From positions 1 through 45,142 of IMG/VR virus record IMGVR_UViG_3300045988_051781: a stretch of DNA of 45,142 nucleotides; one strand, written 5' to 3'. This document shows positions 40,595-45,142 of the stretch, piece by piece. The position numbers were made by a program, and so were the translations under genes. Numbering within the stretch: position 1 is the stretch's first letter; each line of letters opens with the position of its first letter. This DNA is from a virus. Under the pieces are notes generated by a model that was not told where the DNA came from, ran no database searches, and saw only the letters and a list, made by a program, of their open reading frames with translations.

Positions 40595-41041
40595 TCACCT
40601 CCTTGTTGATTCTACTTTTGCAAGGAAATATCCTTTATCAAAGTCTGACAAGGAGGAAAAACCTTTTATCACCCGTTCCACTATGTAAGCATCCAAACCA
40701 ATTCTTTTAATCTCTGGATGCTGTTCAATCAGAACATCATCAAATCCTTTGAATGTGCATGGCCGGCTTTCTTTTTGCTCAACGCTTAGAAGTTCATTCA
40801 ACTTTTTACAGGCTTCATCAAATGGAATTTCAAAGTATTCTCTTCCATTTGGAGTGTGTTTTCTGTGATTGCAGTAATGTCTGTGCATTTCTCTTTCTAT
40901 GTCAAATGGATTGCTCAAAAATTCACTTGCATAGATTCTTCTAACCTTGTACGGTATCTGTTTTGCTCTACGTTCCACATTTCCAGAAACGCCTATCTTT
41001 ACAAAGCCGTCACACTCCATCACATAAACTCTTTGATTCAC
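40595..41041 (-). CDS. T5orf172 / GIY-YIG-superfamily domain protein
   Basis: GTG 6 nt after AGGAGG. VYVMECDGFVKIGVSGNVERRAKQI fits the T5orf172 N-terminal pattern. Confidence 0.6.
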   Translation of the reverse strand: MNQRVYVMECDGFVKIGVSGNVERRAKQIPYKVRRIYASEFLSNPFDIEREMHRHYCNHRKHTPNGREYFEIPFDEACKKLNELLSVEQKESRPCTFKGFDDVLIEQHPEIKRIGLDAYIVERVIKGFSSLSDFDKGYFLAKVESTRR

Positions 41042-41063
41042 TTTTTACCTCCTAACGTTTTTA

Positions 41064-41082
41064 AATCCTATATTTTAGGATT
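41064..41082. promoter_or_regulatory. Palindromic operator-like site AATCCTA-N5-TAGGATT
   Basis: Spans the cro-like stop codon. Shares TTTTAGGATTCT with the two repeats at 41366..41402. Confidence 0.45.
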
Positions 41083-41293
41083 CTCTATCCACAAAAATAA
41101 AGTCCATAGGAATACCAGAAAGTTCACTGATGATTCTTAACTGACTTAAATCTGGCTCTGTTTTACCTAACTCCCAATTAGTTACAGTTGCCGGAGAAAC
41201 GCCCACTTTCTCAGCAAATTCTCTTTGTTTCAGCTTCGCATTAACTCTACATGCTGCTATGGAAATCCTCGGAACTTTGTAAGTCTCTACCAT
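41075..41293 (-). CDS. Cro-like XRE-family HTH regulator
   Basis: 72 aa. LKQREFAEKVGVSPATVTNWELGKTEP is a classic XRE HTH. First gene of the minus-strand early operon. Confidence 0.75.
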   Translation of the reverse strand: MVETYKVPRISIAACRVNAKLKQREFAEKVGVSPATVTNWELGKTEPDLSQLRIISELSGIPMDFIFVDRES

Positions 41294-41325
41294 TTAGGTT
41301 CCTCCTTTCTTTATCTTATGCCTGT

Positions 41326-41354
41326 ATTATAATCCTATTTTTTCGTATTGTCAA
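41326..41354 (-). promoter_or_regulatory. Consensus sigma-A promoter for the early (cro-side) operon
   Basis: Minus strand TTGACA (41354..41349), 17 nt, TATAAT (41331..41326). An AATCCTA half-site lies in the spacer. Confidence 0.65.
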
Positions 41355-41365
41355 TATAATAATTT

Positions 41366-41402
41366 AATTTTTTAGGATTCTTGTTGAATTTTTTAGGATT
41401 CT
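41366..41402. promoter_or_regulatory. Two perfect 16-bp direct repeats AATTTTTTAGGATTCT (operators), 21 bp apart
   Basis: 41366..41381 and 41387..41402, in the divergent cro / XRE-repressor intergenic region. Confidence 0.65.
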
Positions 41403-41438
41403 GTGATACTATAATAAACGTAGAGAGGAGGTGTTAAC

Positions 41439-41813
41439 ATGACCGAGGAGGAACAGAGAAAAATCTTCGCAAAGAACCTAAACTACTACATTTCCAATAG
41501 TGGAAAGCAACAAAAGGAAGTTGCTGAAGCGTTAGGATTCCCCCAAACAACTTTTAATACTTGGTGCACTGGCAAGATAATGCCGAAGATGGGAAAGGTA
41601 CAGGCAATAGCTGATTACTTTAAGATTTTAAAATCCGACTTGATTGACGATAAATCATTCAAGGAACCATCAGAAGAATTTCTTGAGATTGTAGCAAAAT
41701 TAGGCGCAGACGATGAACAGTTTCAGAAAATTATAATTGATTATTATCACATGAGCACAGACAGAAAAAAAGTTTTTTGCGAGTTTTTCAACACTTTCGT
41801 TTCTGGCAACTAA
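41439..41813 (+). CDS. XRE-family HTH repressor-like protein with no peptidase domain
   Basis: 124 aa. KQQKEVAEALGFPQTTFNTWCTGKIMP HTH. GAGGAGG RBS. Divergent from the cro-like gene. Confidence 0.75.
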   Translation: MTEEEQRKIFAKNLNYYISNSGKQQKEVAEALGFPQTTFNTWCTGKIMPKMGKVQAIADYFKILKSDLIDDKSFKEPSEEFLEIVAKLGADDEQFQKIIIDYYHMSTDRKKVFCEFFNTFVSGN

Positions 41814-41814
41814 A

Positions 41815-41853
41815 AAGGAAAAGGGGACATTAAGTCTCCTTTTCCTTTTCTTC
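41815..41853 (+). terminator. Strong hairpin terminator (14-bp stem)
   Basis: AAGGAAAAGGGGAC-attaa-GTCTCCTTTTCCTT followed by TTCTTC. The 3' arm overlaps the end of the convergent ORF. Confidence 0.65.
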
Positions 41854-42066
41854 TCTATAGCACGCTTTGACAAAATAAAATACCAGTTTTAAATATTTTT
41901 CGCTTGTCATTGCGGTTACTGCTTCAAGAATCCGAGTTTTGTAATATTCTTGCTGTTTCTTTTCATCCACATAAATCCCTCCAATATCCGACACGTCATT
42001 CCAGTAGCGATTACCCACATTATAGAACATATGTTTGTTATCTGTCAATGCTTTCACTGATAGCAT
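41830..42066 (-). CDS. Hypothetical protein (78 aa)
   Basis: Minus-strand ORF between the two plus-strand repressor genes. Confidence 0.45.
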   Translation of the reverse strand: MLSVKALTDNKHMFYNVGNRYWNDVSDIGGIYVDEKKQQEYYKTRILEAVTAMTSEKYLKLVFYFVKACYREEKEKET

Positions 42067-42196
42067 CTTTTACCACAAGATAGATGTAACGCATTAAGCG
42101 TGGGTCACGGATTCCTTTTATCATCCGTTTGATTTCGCTTTCGTAGGTATCAGTCCATGTTTTGTTGCTCTTGCTGTTCATTTCGTCCTTTCCCAT
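42038..42196 (-). CDS. Hypothetical protein (52 aa)
   Basis: ATG 42196, 8 nt after AGGAGG. Divergent from the CI-like gene. Confidence 0.45.
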   Translation of the reverse strand: MGKDEMNSKSNKTWTDTYESEIKRMIKGIRDPRLMRYIYLVVKDAISESIDR

Positions 42197-42296
42197 TAGA
42201 TTACCTCCTATCAATGGCTTGACAAGTGCCATTTTTGTTTTATAATGATACATTGTAATACTTAAATAAATTATAACTCAAAACCATAGTCAAGAT

Positions 42297-42356
42297 GTTG
42301 GCTAAAATATCGTATTTTTATTACAAAAAAAGTGAAAAATAGCCAAGATATTAGCC
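42297..42356. promoter_or_regulatory. Nested inverted repeats (TTGGCTAAAATATC ... AGCCAAGATATTAGCC) in the second divergent switch region
   Basis: GGCTAAAATATC at 42299..42310 versus GATATTAGCC at 42347..42356. TTGGCT at 42297 versus AGCCAA at 42340. Confidence 0.5.
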
Positions 42357-42377
42357 TTTTCGACAGGATGTGACATA

Positions 42378-43112
42378 ATGCTAACGAAAAATGAAATGCT
42401 GGATAACTTTGCACATAACATCGAAGAAGAGCGGAAAAGCCTTGATTTTACGCAAGTTCTCTTTTCTAAGATGCTGGGTGTGTCTGTGTCCACATACAAA
42501 AATATCGTTTCACGGAAGACTAATAATCTTGACGTTTTCTTAGCACTAAGGTTGTCGGAACTAACTCATAAATCTATCCCTGATCTCTTAGGGTATTCTT
42601 CTAAGGAATACGAGGTATTGGGAAAGTACAGACAATTGACCGACAGACAACGTGCGTATATTCTTGGCAAGATGGACTATGAAATCTCTATGAAAGTATT
42701 GGAAACGGATCCCGAAAACATGTTGGATGTTCTATGTCTTACTGGCGAGATGGCTGACGGTATGATATTGGATTCTTCACACGAAGAACGGATATACTGC
42801 CCGGAATACATAAAAAAGTACGGTGAGACATTACATTGTGGCATAAAGATAACGAGCAACCACTTGCTCCCTGTATATGTAAAGGGTGATATCATCTGCA
42901 TATCCAAAAGAGTGCCAAGAAACGGTGATACCGTGATTATTATACATAAAGAAACAGGACGTGCGTATATAAGGCGGTATGTGCAGAGAGGTAAGATAAA
43001 GTTAGTCCCGATCAACGGCTTCGGTGATGTCATAGAAGTTGATCCAAATAGTTTTGAAGACATGGAACAATGGGTAAGGTTTGGAGTTGTGATTGCGGTA
43101 TTAAGAAGATAG
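42378..43112 (+). CDS. CI/LexA-like repressor (HTH + S24 peptidase-like C-domain)
   Basis: 244 aa. The N-terminus FTQVLFSKMLGVSVSTYKNIVS is the HTH. The C-terminus ITSNHLLPVYVKGDIICISK...NGDTVIIIHKETGRAYIRRY...FGVVIAVLR has S24-like topology. Confidence 0.75.
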   Translation: MLTKNEMLDNFAHNIEEERKSLDFTQVLFSKMLGVSVSTYKNIVSRKTNNLDVFLALRLSELTHKSIPDLLGYSSKEYEVLGKYRQLTDRQRAYILGKMDYEISMKVLETDPENMLDVLCLTGEMADGMILDSSHEERIYCPEYIKKYGETLHCGIKITSNHLLPVYVKGDIICISKRVPRNGDTVIIIHKETGRAYIRRYVQRGKIKLVPINGFGDVIEVDPNSFEDMEQWVRFGVVIAVLRR

Positions 43113-43138
43113 CATACTATGTATGCGGAGGTACTTAT

Positions 43139-43624
43139 ATGCAGAATAAAAAGGTCTTGGAATTAGATAGCTTTTTCGGGAAACTTGTTGCTTGTGATGA
43201 ATATGTAGAAATTATTCCTATGTATGTAACAGATTCTCGAAAACAAGGGAGAAAATTCTATTATCAAAACATTAGCGGTATAACATGCAAGGAACCAAGT
43301 GTTTGGTGGGGGCCTGGATATATACAATTTATAATTCCGGGAGAACAGGCCAAGCAAATAAAATGGATGGACAAAGGATGGAAGAAGACGGTTAAAAATG
43401 ATCCAAATTCTTTACTTCTTTCGGTTATAGGAAAAGATTACAAAAAAAGATATAAAGAATTTATGGATTTTCTAAACAAAAAGATAAGTGAAAAACCAGA
43501 ATCTACCGCAGAAATTGTAAATGATCTAAATCAGTTAAAAACATTGAAAGAACTTCTTGACTGTGGAGCAATCAATAAGCAAGAATTCGAAGAAAAGAAA
43601 AGAAAACTACTTAATAGAATATAA
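43139..43624 (+). CDS. PH-like (DUF4429-type) + SHOCT domain protein
   Basis: 161 aa from ATG 43139 (GGAGG RBS). The C-terminus LKTLKELLDCGAINKQEFEEKKRKLL is a SHOCT motif. Confidence 0.55.
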   Translation: MQNKKVLELDSFFGKLVACDEYVEIIPMYVTDSRKQGRKFYYQNISGITCKEPSVWWGPGYIQFIIPGEQAKQIKWMDKGWKKTVKNDPNSLLLSVIGKDYKKRYKEFMDFLNKKISEKPESTAEIVNDLNQLKTLKELLDCGAINKQEFEEKKRKLLNRI

Positions 43625-43658
43625 TCATAGCATACTATATAATGAGGGAGGAATTAAA

Positions 43659-44234
43659 GTGAAAAAGAAAAAAGGTGGATGTCTCAAAACTATACTTATA
43701 GTGTTCGGAGTATTCGTAGTAATTGGAGCTATAGGATCGTTGGCAGGAGGAGGCAAAAGTGAACCTAAAAAAGTAAGCACTTCTTCTGGCCAAAACGATA
43801 AAAGTTCTCAATCGGGAACAGCGGATGAGAAAAAAGAATTTCAGGTCGGTGAAACAGTATCTCTTAAAGACGTTAATGTAACATTGGTAAGCTCCACAGA
43901 ATCAGCCGGAAGTGAATATGTGAAACCAGATGATGGAAAAGAGTTTTTGATACTTGAATTTAACATCGAGAACAATTCTTCAAAAGATATCAATATTAGT
44001 TCTGTAGCGAACTTTGAAGCTTATTGCGATGATTATTCAGTGAATCAAGACATTCTCGGACAGCAAGCACCAGAAGCCAAAGATCAGGGTCAGCTTGACG
44101 GAAGTGTAGCAGCTGGAAAGAAAATGAATGGTGTTATTGTTTATCAAGTACCTACAGATTATAAAAAATTTGAAATCAAAGTTTCTCCGGGATTCTGGAG
44201 CTTGAAAGACATCGAATTTGCGATAAATAAATAG
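43659..44234 (+). CDS. Membrane-anchored DUF4352-like protein
   Basis: GTG 43659 after GGGAGG. N-terminal TM segment, then VGETVSLKDVNVTLVS...GKEFLILEFNIENNSSKDI...GVIVYQVP, a DUF4352 pattern. Confidence 0.6.
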   Translation: MKKKKGGCLKTILIVFGVFVVIGAIGSLAGGGKSEPKKVSTSSGQNDKSSQSGTADEKKEFQVGETVSLKDVNVTLVSSTESAGSEYVKPDDGKEFLILEFNIENNSSKDINISSVANFEAYCDDYSVNQDILGQQAPEAKDQGQLDGSVAAGKKMNGVIVYQVPTDYKKFEIKVSPGFWSLKDIEFAINK

Positions 44235-44240
44235 AATTTA

Positions 44241-44276
44241 AAAGACGGGTAGATCATTCCACCCGTCTTTCTTTAT
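44241..44276. terminator. Bidirectional terminator between the lysogeny block and the endolysin
   Basis: Perfect 10-bp stem AAAGACGGGT-N10-ACCCGTCTTT with T-runs on both strands. Confidence 0.7.
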
Positions 44277-44278
44277 GC

Positions 44279-45142
44279 CTATTTTACCCTTAATCTCTGT
44301 CCGGCATAGATCAGATTTGGATTGCCGATTCCGTTAAGCTGCGCAATCTTCTGATAGGACGTGCCGTACCTGGATGCAATGCCGGAGAGCGTATCACCGG
44401 ACTGCACCGTGTAATACTGTGCGGATGAAGCACCTGACTTACCGTTCACGATATTCTGAATCGTATTGTAGTCATATCCGGCAGCTGAAAGACGATTCTT
44501 TCTGTCGTTTCCGTTACCCCATTTACCGGCAAGCACTTCCTGTGCGATCTGCTCATTTGATTTTCTGGCAGACGCAGCATTGATCTTATTCTGCACATCA
44601 TTGTAACGACTACCGAGAACAACTTTTCTTGTGTCGCCATTGCCGTATTTACCGGCTTTTACTTCGTTCACCAGTGTATCTACCGGTGCAGAATAGATAT
44701 GGTCGATGAAGCTCTGTACTTCCGTATACCGTGTTCCGAGAGCGTTCTTGCGGTTGTCACCATCACCGTACTTGCCCTGCATGACTCCAACAACCAGATC
44801 GAGCGTGGAACCGGTCGGAGTATTCACTGTCGGTTTCGGTGTTTCTGCCGGTTTGGTTGTGTTTCCTTTTCCGGCGTATTTGTTCCATGCGTCCTTGTCG
44901 CCGTAGAATTTATCCAGATCGAGATTACCGCCCCATCCATTCAATCTACCACAAGAGCTATACTGCCGGATAACGCAAGTATAAGCTCCCTCATTCCACG
45001 GCTTATCCTGATAGCCTGTGGCGTTCATGTCTGCGTACTGTGCAATCAAGAATCCGTAGTTACCAATATTAGCAAATTTATAGGCTACAGACTGTGAACA
45101 GTACAAGAGCGGGTGCACGCCTGTTTTCTGGTATACATAGTC
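44279..45142 (-). CDS. Endolysin, C-terminal part: end of GH25 domain + 3 CW_7 repeats + LysM (continues from 426..100 across the junction)
   Basis: [34 protein letters not shown] and [20 protein letters not shown] are CW_7-like repeats. [29 protein letters not shown] is LysM. Open to the window edge and in frame with 1..426. Confidence 0.85.
   Translation of the reverse strand, partial: DYVYQKTGVHPLLYCSQSVAYKFANIGNYGFLIAQYADMNATGYQDKPWNEGAYTCVIRQYSSCGRLNGWGGNLDLDKFYGDKDAWNKYAGKGNTTKPAETPKPTVNTPTGSTLDLVVGVMQGKYGDGDNRKNALGTRYTEVQSFIDHIYSAPVDTLVNEVKAGKYGNGDTRKVVLGSRYNDVQNKINAASARKSNEQIAQEVLAGKWGNGNDRKNRLSAAGYDYNTIQNIVNGKSGASSAQYYTVQSGDTLSGIASRYGTSYQKIAQLNGIGNPNLIYAGQRLRVK
45044..45142. repeat. 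Second copy of the 99-bp terminal overlap
   Basis: Identical to 1..99. Confidence 0.95.

Noticed and set aside
41830-42253. ORFs 42038..42196 and 41830..42066 as one frameshifted gene
   Set aside because: There is no homopolymer or obvious indel site in the 29-nt overlap. Both halves carry a similar YL.LV..VK motif, which suggests two small paralog-like genes. This remains unresolved without homologues.

Overview
The window is a complete, circularly closed temperate siphovirus-type phage or prophage genome. Bases 1..99 are identical to 45044..45142, leaving about 45,043 bp of unique sequence. The host looks like a low-GC Gram-positive, probably spore-forming Clostridia: AGGAGG-type ribosome-binding sites (RBS), a GH25/CW_7/LysM endolysin, and Spo0A-like and BclA-like cargo genes.

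Almost all genes are on the minus strand. Read right to left:
- Cro-like switch at about 41.3 kb.
- About 12 kb of small early genes: T5orf172/GIY-YIG-like, Rad52/Sak-like annealing protein, NinB-like, RusA, a replisome-organiser-like gene with internal iterons, a C5 DNA methyltransferase split at a homopolymer, a truncated radical SAM gene, Lar-like anti-restriction, 2x DUF551, and many Cys-rich zinc-ribbon-like ORFs.
- A large serine integrase placed mid-genome and bracketed by 21-bp inverted repeats.
- A block containing DUF4417.
- terS, terL, portal, MuF-like gene.
- A 3.8-kb non-structural cargo island plus a tRNA-like element.
- Scaffold, major capsid protein, connectors, major tail protein, chaperones, tape measure protein, tail tip, tail fibre.
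- Two morons, one of them a receiver-less Spo0A DNA-binding domain.
- Holin and endolysin. The endolysin gene wraps the window junction.

The plus-strand lysogeny block (41.4-44.2 kb) carries two repressor-type HTH genes in two separate divergent switch regions, plus two prophage accessory genes.

Most notable observations:
1. The cargo island that splits the head module. It holds a GerE/sigma-r4-like HTH, Q-rich and Met-rich proteins, a CCC-repeat membrane protein, a BclA-C/C1q-like protein and a ferritin-like protein.
2. A tRNA-like gene with canonical arms but a 4-nt anticodon loop.
3. A conserved stem-loop plus Shine-Dalgarno (SD) leader repeated upstream of four late genes, with a compensatory base-pair change.
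4. The repeat-bracketed integrase.

No rRNA, CRISPR array or reverse transcriptase was seen. All family assignments come from reading the translations and comparing with remembered sequences; none were checked against a database.
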